64,000 nt of DNA, from NCBI RefSeq assembly GCF_009914755.1, contig NC_060928.1. One strand, 5' to 3'. Below, piece by piece: positions 31,686-44,699 of this stretch. The notes under the pieces were generated by a model, which was not told the origin of the DNA, made no database searches, and saw only the letters and a program-made list of their open reading frames with translations. Positions within the stretch are counted from its first letter, which is position 1; each line of letters begins with the position of its first letter. The stretch comes from the human T2T-CHM13v2.0 reference genome, Homo sapiens. Made by a program: the position numbers and the translations under genes.

Positions 31686-34188
31686 AGAATATATATATTC
31701 AGACATACATATATATGTGTCTGGATCTGTGTATGGATGTATATACATATACATATACATTATACACTATAAGCTTTGCATTGCATCTTCAGTTATTACA
31801 TAATAATAATGTAAAAAAAATCACAAAAACAAGCCCTTTTTTCCTATAAATGTTTGTCTAGCAGCTTAGGAAAATGATCTTTGCAAACTTTGTCACTTAC
31901 CGTTCAAGTTATAGAATCAATAGTAGGCTTGAGATTGCAGTAGCATTTCCTAACTTAAACAGCACAAAAGCTGTCTCACACATGTGAGATGAGAATTTGA
32001 TTAAGCTTGCAAAAGTTTTCCTTTTAGAAATGATGTAGATTTTTAAATTTACGTATCTAGTATTTTACAACTTGCTTGAGAATTGCTTCAAATCCTACAC
32101 CACACAGGCCTTTAACTTTAACAGTATTTGCCTCTTACCTAATGCCATCTGGTGTAGATCAACATATTATATATAGCATCATCTCCAAAGAATTCTCTGT
32201 ATTATTTATAAATATTATAATATGGATTGTAATAAGTTATGGAAAAAATGCAAACACATCTGGAGGTCATTTAACAAAAATCAATAAAACCTTTATAAAG
32301 TGAACCATTATTCATATGTTAACCTGATTGGCTTACTAAACATTTCCATTGTTTCATTAAACATTGCCAATTTTTCCAAATATGCCTCAGGGTCTATCAA
32401 AAGAATCAGTGGCTACATAAAACACTAATTAAGTTTTTCATAGCACTATTCCTTAGAAAGCTATAATCCTCTCACACTGATGAATCTTTATTTAGGCAAT
32501 AGAAATGTGAGCACTTCAGCTACACAGGCAAAAGGAAATAGAAAATTATCACTGTCCATCTTCCAGGCAATCTATATAATACAAACTACCCATTAAAGAT
32601 TACTTTGCCCAAGTTTTCTAAATCATTTTTCAAACCTCAGCGTTCCTTTGTCTATGTCAATATAACTATCAGACATTCCTATAAAAGAGCTTCCTCACAC
32701 ATTTTCAAACCACCAAAACCACAGTCACACATATTTATTATCCCAGTGGACTTTCCCTTACAAATTCCTGTTGATTTTAGCAGGACACACCCATTCCCCT
32801 GAGTATAGTCAGCTCTTCTCATCTACTCTAATGAGAGAAAACATTCTGTTAATAAAGCAGGTGGCAACCATTATAAATGTCTTATTAAATATTAAATAGT
32901 GGGGGTTTTTCTGAGCCAAGGAACAGTAATAGGCAATATCCAAACTTATGCACTATACTGGCAAAGGAGCTTTTTTATAGACTCTTTCCAGAATTAAGTG
33001 GTTTGACATCTCACCCTGATAGACAGGAAGATCACTATTTCTGACAGCCCACTTGTGCCAAGTACCGTACTAGGCATGTTATATACATTATTATTTTACA
33101 GACAAGTAACTAAGGTTCTTACAGGTTAAATAAGTTACCTACTAAAGGACACATAATTTTAATGCATCAGCCTGACTCCAAACCCCAAGCCCCTCCAACT
33201 TTTCCACACTGTACACATCCCCAGCCTTTGGGTATATAACACAAAAATGTAAAGGCATTGCAAATTAATCCACATCTCAGGCCAAGTTTACAGAGAGAAT
33301 GTATCTCCTTCACTTTGCCTGTAGTTATATGGTTTTCCCCTAGGTGGGAGAGGAAAAGATTACTAAACGTCAAATCTTGTTTAAACTCTAGTCCAATTCA
33401 GTAATTTGAACTGTCTGCACAGGTGGTATCTAGTGGTCCTTCTATACCATATGTTCCCTGCCATAGAGAAGAAAGACTCATGGCTTAGATGGCAATGCAA
33501 ATGGCACCTCCTCTGCTCTAGGAATTGAGTGCTCCAAATTTGCTTCTTGATATGCAAAAGTGGGAGAATAAAGGATTTTAGAAAACCCTCTCTATATATA
33601 CACAGGCTTACAAGAATATAATCTTGGAGCAAATTTGAATTGAGGAGATATATTCCTTCCATAACCTTTTCTCCTTCCTCACCTCAAGTAAATGAATTCA
33701 TAGACCAAATAGACCAAAGGTTATATATTCAGAAAAGTGAAAGAGAAAAGTATATTAATAAATTTCAGGCTATTTTTAGCAATCATAAAAGCATGAGTAG
33801 ATGCAGCTGGTAAAATACAATGCCAATTTTGTGGAATAATTTTTCATTTGAAAATAAAATCTTTTTAATGTGAGTGTATTGTTCACACTATGAGAATAAA
33901 CAATGGATTAGAAATTGTCACAAAATCTTTTAAGAGGGTTTCCCCATTTAATTGTCTTTTTTATAATTTTTAACTATTATAATTTTATAATTTTTAACTA
34001 TTAAGAAGTAATTCTCAAAATACAACAAATATATATATATATAATTGTAATAATTTCCGTTGAATATCATTTTCTCTCCCAAAGTAACAGGAGTGATGTT
34101 AACCCTCTTGTGTGTATTTTCCATGCGTACATTTGCACAAACATACATTCTTGCAGACGTATGAATAAAGATTTTTTTGTACGGTTGT

Positions 34189-36535
34189 TGAAATAGTATC
34201 CCCACCCAAATCTCATCTTGAGTTGTAGTTCCCATAATCCCCACGTGTTGTGGGAGAGAACCAGTGAGAGGTAATTTAATCATGGGGGCAGTTACCCCCA
34301 TGCTGCTGTTCTCATGATAGTGAGCTCATTCTCATGAGATCTGATGGCTTTAAGGGGCTTTTCCCCCTTTTGTTCAGCACTTTTTCTTCCTGCTGCCATG
34401 TGAAAAAGGATGTGTTTGCTTCTCCTTCCACCATGATTGTAAGTTTCCTGAGGCCTCTCCAGCCATGCTGAACTGTGAGTTAATTAAACCTCTTTCCTTC
34501 ATAAACTGCCCAGTCTTGGGTATGTCTTTATTAACAGCATGAGAATGAACTAATACAGTAAATTGGTACCCACAGAGTGGACTGCTGCTGTAAAGATACT
34601 CAAAAATGTGGAAGCAACTTTGAAACTGGATAACAGGCAGAGTTTGGAACAGTTTGGAGGGCTCAGAAGAAGACAGGAAAATGTGGGAAAGTTTGAAACT
34701 TCCTAGAGACTTGTTAAATGCCTTTGACCAAAATGCTGATAGTGATATGGACAATGAAGTCCAGGCTAAGGTGGTCTCCAATAGAGATGAGGAACTTGTT
34801 GGGAACTGGAGCAAAGAGGACTTTTGCTATGTTTTAGCAAAAAGATTGGCAGCATTTTGCCCCTGCCCTAGAGATCTGTGGAACTTTGAACTTCAGAGAG
34901 ATGATTTAATGTATCTGGTAGAAGAAATTTCTAAGTAGCAAAGTGTTCAAGAGGAAGCAAAGCATAAAAGTTTGAAAAATTTGTATCCTGACTATGTGAT
35001 AGAAAAGAAAACCCCATTTTCTGGGGAGAAATTCAAGCTTGCTGCAGAAATTTGCATAAGTAATGAGGAGCTGCATGTTAATCATCAAGACAATGGGGAA
35101 AATGTCTCCAGGGGAAGACAATGGGGAAAATGTCTTCAGGGCATGTCAGATACCTTTGCAGCAGCCCCTCTGATCAGAGGCCCAGAGGCCTAGGAGGGAA
35201 AATGATTTACTAGGCTGGGCCCAGGACCCCCATGCTGTGTGCAGCTTCAGGACTTGGTGCCCTGCATCCCAGCCACTCCAGCCATGGCTAAAAAGGACTG
35301 AGGTACAGCTCAGGTCATTGCTTCAGAGAATACAAGCCCCAAGCCTTTGCAGTTTCCACCTGGTATTGAGCCTGTGGGTAGACAGAAATCAAGAATTGGG
35401 GTTTGGGAACCTCCGCCTAGATTTCAGAGAATGTATGGAAATGACTGGATGTCCAAGCAGAAGTTTGCCGCGGGGGTGGAGCCTTCATAGAGAACCTCTG
35501 CTAGGGCAGTGCAGAAGGGAAATGTGGGGTCTAGAGCCCCCACAGAGTCCCCACTGGGGCACTAGCTCCACTAGTGGAGCTGTGAGAAGAGGGTCACCAT
35601 CGTCCAGACCCCAGAATGGTAGATCCACTGACAGCTTGCACCATGTACCTGGAAAAGCCTCAGGCACTCAATGCCAGCCCATGAAAGCAGCTGGGAGAGG
35701 GGCTATACTCTGCAAAGCCACAAGGGTGGAGATTCCCAAGGACATGGGAGCCCATCTCTTGTATCAGCATGACTTGAATATGAGACAAAGGGTCAAAGGA
35801 GATCATTTTGGAACTTTAAGGTTTAACAACTGCCTTATTAGATTTCAGACTTGCATGGAGCCTGCACCTGGTTTGTTTTGGCCAATTTCTCCCATTTGGG
35901 ATGCATATATTTACCCAATGCCTGTACCCCCATTTTATCTAGGAAGTAACTAACTTGCTTTTGATTTTACAGGCTCATAGGCATAAGGGACTTGCCTTGT
36001 CTCAGATGAGTTTCAGCATTAACTGAAAATGCTGAAACTCATTTCAGCATTAACTCAGATGGACTTTTGAGTTAATGCTGAAATGAGCTAAGACTTTGGG
36101 GAACTGTTGGGAAGGCATGATTGGTTTTGAAATGTGAGGCCATGAGATTTGGGAGGGGCCAAATGATATGGTTTGGCTGTGTCCCCACCCAAGTCTCATC
36201 TTGAATTGTAGTTCCTATAATCCCCACTTGTTGTGGGAGGAACCTGGTGGGAAGTAATTGAATCATGGGGGTGTTATTCCCATGCTGCAGTTCTTGTGAT
36301 AGTGAGTAAGTTCTCATGAGAGCTGATGTTTTTATAAGGGGCTTTTCCTCCTTTTGCACAGCACTTTTCCTTCCTGTCATCATATGAAGAAGGATGTGTT
36401 TGCTTCCCCTTCTGCCATGTTTGTAAGTTTCCTGAGGCCTCCTCAGCCATGCTGAACTGTGAGTCAATTAAACCCTTTATAAATTACCCAGTCTCAGGTA
36501 TATCTTTATTAGCAGCATGAGTACAGACTAATACA
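34189..36535 (+). mobile_element. Complete MaLR provirus, THE1D-like (LTR 34189-34557, internal 34558-36163, LTR 36164-36535)
   Basis: Two similar LTRs ending actaataca; internal begins gtaaattggtacc; TSD gttgt/attgt; 5' LTR lacks ~10 nt near its start relative to the 3' LTR. Confidence 0.92.
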
Positions 36536-37949
36536 ATTGTATAAACAATCTATACACATTACTCTGCAATTTGCCTTTCTCATTTAATAATCGTTGAAAC
36601 TTAATTCTCATATTGGTAAATAATAATAATAATAAAGTCCCACACAAATAGTAATGGGCACATGTCAAAATTTTATTTGACTCATTAATGAGGAAACTAG
36701 CAGAATGAGATTGATTCAATTTGAATGAGAAACTTGAATTTATATTCATATTAACAGTGAAAAAAAGAATACCTTAAATAAAACTGCTAGATTAAATATA
36801 AAATTGACCACTGTCCTACAGGGGAATAAAATCATAACATTTGGAGTTATTTTTACTATACAAAAAAAGAAATTGCACCTTATTACATTTCTGCAAGTTA
36901 ACCTCTAGCTTTACCAAGTTTTAAAATTTAAGTGAAACCGTCTCTTTTCCCATGGTGAGAGCTAGATGACCTTTACAGTGGCTTGTTAGAAAATGTTATA
37001 GCAGGATATTAAGATCATCTTTTTTGCCCTATTTTTAAGTTTTGGAGAATTTTCCAAAACATAATAGATCACAGATATCCTTCTGGATTAGCAGATTTAC
37101 CTCAAATGTATTTTTAATAACTGCATAATCAACACATAGTATAACTGTTCTATAAATAATCCAACAATCACTCTATTTGTGAACATACAGTTTTTTTCCA
37201 ACATTTTGGCCACTACAAATAATGCTGGTTTAATATCTTTGTATATATGTGTTTTGATACTGGTGCTTCTATCATATAAGATAAAGTCCCCAAAATAGGG
37301 ATATCTAAATCAAAGAAAATAGATGTTCTAATTTAATATCTATTGCCTTACTCTTTTATGAGTTTTCATAGTTTTGGATGTAGTCCTGTGTATACTTTTA
37401 ACCTAGTTAAGTCAAAATAATCCCAACAAGATTGAAAATATGGGTAGCCTGCAAGCTGTGGCCAACCCATGAAAAGATAACAAGTAGGTTTCATGCCAAG
37501 AACTTAGTAGCAATGATTACTCAAACTTTGAATCAAAAAAAAATAAAGTATATATCTTTGTTGGTTAAAAATAAAATGTTTATATTTTTCTGTTATTTCT
37601 TTCTCTTGATTATTCTCATTCACTAGTTATTGATTTTCTTACCACATTTGGTACTATTCATGTGTAAATAAATAGTTTAACTTTTATTAATATACAATAA
37701 CTGCTTTGTTTCTTCTGTAGTGCAAGAAAATGTTAAAGCAATCAGGCTGCACTAACATTTTCCTCAAAACACTTGACTTCATGAACATCTAATGAGAGGA
37801 AAAATATCATGTTCTGAACTAGCCTTTTAAAGGCTTATACAAAATATTTGTTAATAGAGAAAATGTAGAAACAACTTACACATCCCTCAGTAAGAAACTG
37901 ATGAAATATATTACGGTATATACATACTATGTAATATTATGCAGTTGCT

Positions 37950-39030
37950 CCTTCAACAGTCATTCGTACCAGGACTGTTTGAGGTACTGAGGATTAAAGA
38001 TGCTCGAAAGAAGACACAATTATAGTTGGAAGGACTCAAATCAGCACACTAATAAATTTATAACTACAAACAAACTAAAAGTCTAAAGGAAACACTATTG
38101 TATAAGGGCCTATAACACTAAGGAACCCGATCTAGACTTACACTGAGAAGGTAATTACTGATTTAGGGTCAGTTGGTAAAAGAAAGGGAAGAACATTCCA
38201 GTCAGAAAGAGCAGCATATGCAAGTCCCTATTGCCAGAAGGTGACAGGTGTGGCTGAAGCCCAGGAGCTGGGAAAGTGCCAGGAGATGAAGAAAGGGAGG
38301 TAAGTAGAGCAAGACTAAAAACTCTGAGTCATGGGAAACCACTGAAAGGCTTTAAGTAGAAAAGTAACACAATCTAGTTTAAATTTTAAAAGATAATTCT
38401 GGCTGCATTGAGGAGAAGGATTTGGTTAGAAGCCCAAGTGGATGTGTAGAGACCAGATAGGAAACTGAACAGGTGAAACACTGGCACCATGTCTGTGGAA
38501 ATGGAGAGAAATTGGCAGATTTGAGAGATAGTAAGGAGATAAACAGAATTTGGATTTAATCAACTGGATTGAACATGGGAAGTTAAAGAGAAGGATTGCC
38601 AGGAGCAATGGGTGTCTGGTTTGTAAAATTAAATGGATGTGTAACTGGATTCTATGAAGCAAGAGCACAAACGGAGGACAGATTTGTGAGGGGAGAACAT
38701 GATGGAATTGAAATGGAAATATCAAGTGAGAAGTTGGATACTCAAACCTGAAATGTAAAAGAGAGATCTGGACTGAAAATAAAAATTTGCAAGTCATAAA
38801 ATAAAAGGGCAATTGAAACTCTGAGAGTGAATGACATCTTGTAAGGAGAAAATATCACATGAGAAAAGAAAAAAGAGACAGAGAATAAAAGAGGAAAAGG
38901 AGGAGAGAGAAGAGGTGAGAGGAGACTAGGATTGAACCTGAAGGTACTCCCATATGTAAGGGTTGCAAAGAAGACAGAGAAGGAGTGGTCAGAGAGGTAG
39001 AAGAGAAACCGGGAAAGAGGTAGATTTCTA
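37950..39030 (-). mobile_element. L2 fragment
   Basis: gggaaaccactgaaaggctttaag; aagataattctggctgca; gaaggagtggtcagagaggtagaagagaaacc. Confidence 0.7.
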
Positions 39031-39459
39031 AGCATTAACAGGTATATAGATTTAAGTGAGAAAACTTTTGAACATTACATAAAACCAGATTTTATTACTA
39101 TAAAAAATTCAAATGATATACATAGACATAGATACTCATATATGTGTGTTAATACATAGATAAAAACTGGGATAAAAGAAACACAAAAAACTGTAGTAGT
39201 GGTTATCACTAGAGATTAAAGAGGAAGTTTAAGAGGCATGTTTACATTGTACTTTTTGCATTTCTATTTGTAATTAATCAATTAAATTACATATATAATT
39301 TAAGATATATATATATATATAGTGCTATTTCCTTTAAAGAAAAAGAAAAATATGAAGAGAATTACCAAAACATCCAAAGGAAAAAAACAGCAAAAACATG
39401 GATATCCTAAATAGTAGAAAAATAGAGCTAAAATTTTGAAAACTATATCTGTCAAAATA

Positions 39460-40037
39460 TCTGATAAACATTAAGTTACTATATAACCCAATAATTTCAC
39501 TCCATTGTATATACCCAAGAGTAATGAAAACATGTTCACATAAAAACTTGTACATAAATATTCATAGCAGCATTATTCATAGTAGCCAAAAAGTGGAAAC
39601 AATCAAATGTTCATCAACTGATGAGTGAATGAAGTAAATATGATATTCCACACAATGGAACACTATTTAGCAATAAAAAGGAATGAAGTACTGATAAATG
39701 CTACAACACGGAGCAACCTTGAAAACATCATGTTACATGAAAGAAGGCAGATACAAAAGGCCACATATTGTGTGATCCCATTTATAGGTAATGTCCAGAA
39801 TACAGAACCACAGAGACAGAAAGCAGATTGGTGGTTGCTAGGAGCTAGAGAATGGAGGAATAGAGAATGACTGCTTAATGAGTATTAAGTCTCTTTTGGA
39901 AGGATGATTAAAATAGTCTGGAATTAGATAGTGGCGATATTTGCACAACTTTATGAAAAAAACTAAAAAATGACGGAATTGTATATATTAAAATGGTAAA
40001 TTCTGCAGGACATGGATTATATTTCAATTTTTTTAAT
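39460..40037 (+). mobile_element. L1MB 3' end
   Basis: atattcatagcagcattattcatagtagccaaaaagtggaaac; aaaggccacatattgtg; gatatttgcacaactt. Confidence 0.8.
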
Positions 40038-40399
40038 GAAGGTGAGAGATACCTTGTGAAGTGAAGAAGGGTATGACTCCTCTCTGAATGGTCAAACATT
40101 GGAACAGAGCTACTCTAACTTTACTACAAGCTTCCAGTAAACATCTTCTTTTTACAGTCTGGAAAAGAACAAAAAATTACCTGAAAATTCAAGTATATAA
40201 ATATGTTAGTACATTATATTTCAATGTGCACTGGCCAGGTAGATCCTTTTCTTACATCTAACAAAGAATAAAGTAAGGATGAAACTCCATGAAGTTATAA
40301 AAAACTGTATCTGAGATCTCGGCATTCCCCCCTACACACCCAAGCTCTATCAGTACAGCCCAGAGTCCTTTTCTTGTATGGACTATGCCCTTTCTTAAT

Positions 40400-41157
40400 T
40401 ATTGTTTCTTAGCTCCCAAACTACTCCCTCTTTACTCTGATTTGTGATGCTGGGGCTGGAACTCTGCAAACCACAGTCTGCTTTGCCAGTCGACTACTGT
40501 CAGGCTTTTCTAACAGCGGGGCAGACTGTAAGGCTGCAGTAGGGAAAAGAGACATGATCCTTCCTGTCCACTTCCTGTTAGTTCTATTGGCTGTCTTCCT
40601 ACTTCCTAGTTCAGCAACAGCAGCAGTACCTTCCCACAGCAGTGGTTGAATCCAGTTTGTGGTTCTTCCAACACTTTCAGAACCAGCCTCAAGCATCCTT
40701 CAATGGATAATACTCCATTATATGTATGTACCCCAATTTTTTCCCATTCATCCATTAATGGATATTTGGGCTGTTTCCACCTGTTGGCTATTACAAATAG
40801 TGTTGCTAGAAAGTGAAAGAAGCTGACACAAAAGGCCACATATTGTATGATTCCATTTATATGAAATATCCAGAACAGGCAAAACCATAGACACAGAATG
40901 CTGACTGGTGCCTTCCAGGGGCTAAAGAGAGGAATGAATGTGGAGCAACTGCTTAATAAGTGCGGGGTTTTCTTTTGGGGTGATGAAAATATTTTGAAAC
41001 TAGAAAAAAGTGGTAGTTGCACAACATTTGTAAATATAGTAAATGCCACTGAGTTATTGATTCTAGAATGATTAGTTTTATATTATGTCAGTTTTGCCTC
41101 AACAAAAATAAATAAGTAACTGGGTGGTTTCTCCTGACTGGGCCCGGACTGATACAC
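40400..41157. mobile_element. Old ERVL-type LTR (LTR40/41/50-like) interrupted by L1MB
   Basis: tgtgatgctggggctggaactctgcaaaccac; tail tttctcctgactgggcccggactgataca after the L1. Confidence 0.45.
40702..41115 (+). mobile_element. Short L1MB with inverted 5' part (40702-~40808 antisense, ~40810-41115 sense)
   Basis: ccattcatccattaatggatatttgggctgtttccac (antisense), then aagtgaaagaagc..caaaaggccacatattgtatg and A-rich tail. Confidence 0.75.
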
Positions 41158-41299
41158 GGACCTTCATTACACCCACAGCAGCCTTCAAGTTTGCCTTTGC
41201 CACCTGAGCTGCATGGCCTCTCGCCAGCTTTGTTCTTGTCTGTTCCTCCAGTTTTTACTGTTTGGGAAGTGGGTAATTATCAACAGAAAGTATTGTCTT

Positions 41300-43440
41300 G
41301 ACTTGTGCTGCCTAAGATACTAGTCACCAGCCACATGTGGCTATTTAAATTTAAGTTTAATTAAATAAAAAATTCAGTTCCACAGTTGCACTAACCACAT
41401 TTCAAGTGCTCATTACCCACATGTGGCCATGATGGCATGGCAGGCTGTCAGGATCGGCTGCTGCCATCATGCCAGCTGCAGTGGGGAGGTGTGAGCAGTG
41501 GTGGCAGGAGCAGTTGTGGGATCAGCAATGGCGGTGTAGATTCCCTGTGCCTCACATGCCCAAAGCAGCTGGCTGTGCCACTCCTACCCTCATGTGGCAG
41601 GGCAGGACCTATCCCCAGGCCCAGAGCCTCCTTCACTCTGGACTCTCATCACTCTTGCCTACAGCCACTGTGGGGAGGGTGCTGGGATGAGGTGGAGCTG
41701 GGCCTGGGGTGGTGCTGCACTCCATGGAGCCAGCAGGAGCCAGGGACAAGCAGGAGTCTCCTTGGAGCCCACCACCCTGGTAGCTGCCACAATGGGGCTG
41801 GGCAGAGTTGCCTGCCAGCAGGGGAGCAGCATAAGTTTGGCAAAGAGGGGTGGGCAGAGAGGGGCCCAGCGAGGACCTGGAGACCCCACCCCAGGTTGTG
41901 AGGAAGTGCAGCTGGGGATCCCTGCATGCTCCATAGAGCAGGTGAAAGAGCCCTGCCCTCCCAGGTGCAGTATGTGGGCATCTCTGTACTCTGCAACCTG
42001 GGGGGCCTGGGAAGGCCCCTACTGCCCCTGCAGGCTTGGGGGTGTCTGCTCCCTCCACCTGGCCTCTCTCTGCTCCTGGCACACTCTCCAATCTTGAAGT
42101 GGGGTTGGGGCCGAGTTCAGGCACTGTCACAGCCTATCCAGGTGTGCACACACTCAGGGCAGCACACTTGAAACCTGCCAGTTCCCTGCTGCCTCAGCCC
42201 ACTCCTGACTTTGGGCAACAATGAGCATAGGGTCGGGGGAAAGCCAAGGGGAGACACTGAGGGCAGCTCAGTGCTGGCCTGCAGGTGCCCATTGGCATAA
42301 GCAGCCTGGGCACCATGGATGGTGGCAGGAGGCAGATAGGCACCCAGGTGGAAGGGGGCAGTCCCAGTGAAGCCCTACCTTCAAGCCAGGGAGGGCCTGA
42401 AGGCTGGGGGCTTGGCACCCAGTCCCACAGACTGGAGTGGGAACTTGTGATGCCTTTTTCAGGCCCACCCATAGCAGCCCATAGACCAATCAGCATGCAT
42501 TTCTTTCCCTCTGAGGCACATAAAAGCCCCAGGCTCAGGCAGAGCTGGACGGACAATGGGGTGACCAGCTGCAGAGAGGAGCCACCCTCTCTGCTGGAAG
42601 CTAAACCCTTGTTGGGACAACCTGCCTGCAGAGAGGAGCTACCCTCTCAGCTGGGAGTTGAACATTCAACAGGACACCCTGGCTGCAGAAAGCAGCTGCC
42701 CCCTGTGAGTCTCCTCTAAGCTGTTATATCACTCAATAAATCTCCTCTTCATCTTGTTCACCCTTTACTTGTCTGCATACCTCATTCTTCCCAGTTGCAA
42801 GACAAGAACTCAGGACCTGCCAAATGGCAAGTCTAAAAGACAACCTGCAACACAAACAGGGCTGAAACACGCCCCTTGCTTGCCACATGTGGGCCAAAAG
42901 AACAAGAGGTGAGCTGCAGCCCTTTAGGAAGCCCAGACCTGGGAGCTCCCCAAGCCAGGGCTGTGACTCCCTCTTTGGGGCCCTGCAGTTTCTGGCATCT
43001 CCAAGCTTCTGGGCACCACTGCGTTCTCCAGTGCCAGCCATGGAAGCTGCCTGCAGTGCACCTGGTCTGGCCACAGACTCTCTGAAAGCCGGTGCCCATG
43101 CCAGCACCTGGAGCTGCCCACCCCACTGCAGCAGCCCGCATGACTGTGCAGTGGCTAAATCCCACACTGGTTCACACACCGCTCACCACTCCACGCCTGA
43201 CTCGCCCTTGGCAGGTGGTAGGATCCAGGCCAGTAGCATGAGCTGAGCGCAGCCTGCCAGGTCGAGTACGGAAAATGAGCCCAGCAGGCCTGAGCAAAAC
43301 TCAGGCAAAGGTGCCACTGGCTACAGAGGTTTCCAGCCAGAAAAGCAACACCCCAGTGATCCCATAACAGCTAGTAGCTATGGCTTTGGACTACACAGAA
43401 CATTTCCATCATCACAGAAAGTCCCATTGAATAGCACTGG
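41300..43440. mobile_element. MER3-like hAT MITE split by MER52 (pieces 41300-41429 and 43370-43440)
   Basis: cagccacatgtggctatttaaattt...cacatttcaagtgctc | gctagtagct...agaacatttccatcatcacagaaagt. Confidence 0.78.
41430..43369 (+). mobile_element. MER52-family long GC-rich solo LTR (~1.94 kb)
   Basis: tgatggca start; ccaatcagcatgca; aataaatctcctcttc; cccagtgatcccataaca end; TSD gcca/gcta. Confidence 0.82.
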
Positions 43441-44699
43441 TCTGCACTTCACCAAGGATCTTTCAATCATAAAGCCTCCAAAATATCTTGTCCATCAACC
43501 TGTAGTGATAGTCTTCCTTAGAAATTAAATGAGAAAAAAATCAGGGTAAAAGAGGTTAAGTCAAGAACAAACGTCTTCGCAGTTTTCACCACTTCACTCT
43601 AGTGTTTCTTCAACCCAGTAGCTTGGTTCTTATCCATCCTTCTCCCTAAATACACATCAGTAATTACTGCATTTACAACTATACATTTATTTTGATTATG
43701 CATTAGTTTGACCTATAAAACTATAAACTTCTCCAGGACAGAGTTTTTGGGTTTTTCATACACGCTCCTCACATTCTGTGGTAGATTCCTTGAACGCTCA
43801 TCAAGTACTTGCTGACTGAACATTTGATGAGGCTAGCTCTGGTTTCAGAGGATTGGTTCAAAACTGAAAAAATAAAACCTCTGCCAGCACAGTGGTAACA
43901 CACTGCCTAAATAAACAGAAGTAATTTGCAATGCTTTACTCTTATTATTTCTTCTGATTTTTATTTTTTAATGAGCATACCACTTCAAAAACATTCCTAG
44001 TGTGGCTCAGCCCAAATAACTCCAGTAGGAGATGGAAGCCTCCTTTTATGAAAACCAGCCTACGCTAAACCTTTTCTGTTCCTCAGTAACAGATCAGATC
44101 CAAGATCAACCCAGAGTAATACAAGCCAAATGCCGTGCCCTTCCCTCAAGACTTTTCTGAGTGTGCTTCCTACCTTTGTTGTGTGGCTTTCAGAGAAGGC
44201 TCCAGAGAAACTGAATGGCATGTTCGAATCACAGGGTAACTGATCAGTAGTCTTGAATGACTTTTTGCAAACTTAGATCAGATTTTAAAGTACTATAGTT
44301 TGTAATTACAACAACTTCCTCAATATTTATGAATACAGTTTGAGGTAAATCTGTGCTTTGTGCAGTTTGCAGACTATTAGTGTAGGCATAAATATGTGCC
44401 AGGCCGGTAAAGGAGTAATTCTCCTTCTACTCACTGCATGTACGATATTGTCATTCTGCATTTATAGTGGAAATGATCACAATTCATGTAGGCTATGGTA
44501 AGTAGCTCAGCCTTGCTAAATGGAGGGAAAATAAAAGAACATGTTAGGAAGAAAGCAGATAAATATAGAAAGCTGAAGTCATGAGAGGCCTTGAAAATGC
44601 AAAAAAGATCCATTTGGGCATAAGAGTCAATTATCATTGGCTCTGCCACATGCTCATTTCTTACTTCTACTTCCTCTGCTACTTCTTTCTCCCTCCAAG

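Noticed and set aside
34654-35953. 94-aa and 238-aa ORFs in the THE1 internal region
   Set aside because: Broken remnants or off-frame readings of the MaLR internal ORF; no intact gene.
41437-43246. Many overlapping 100-167 aa ORFs resembling a gene or CpG island
   Set aside because: Explained by the GC-rich MER52 LTR; CpG-depleted, ORFs on both strands, no recognisable domain.
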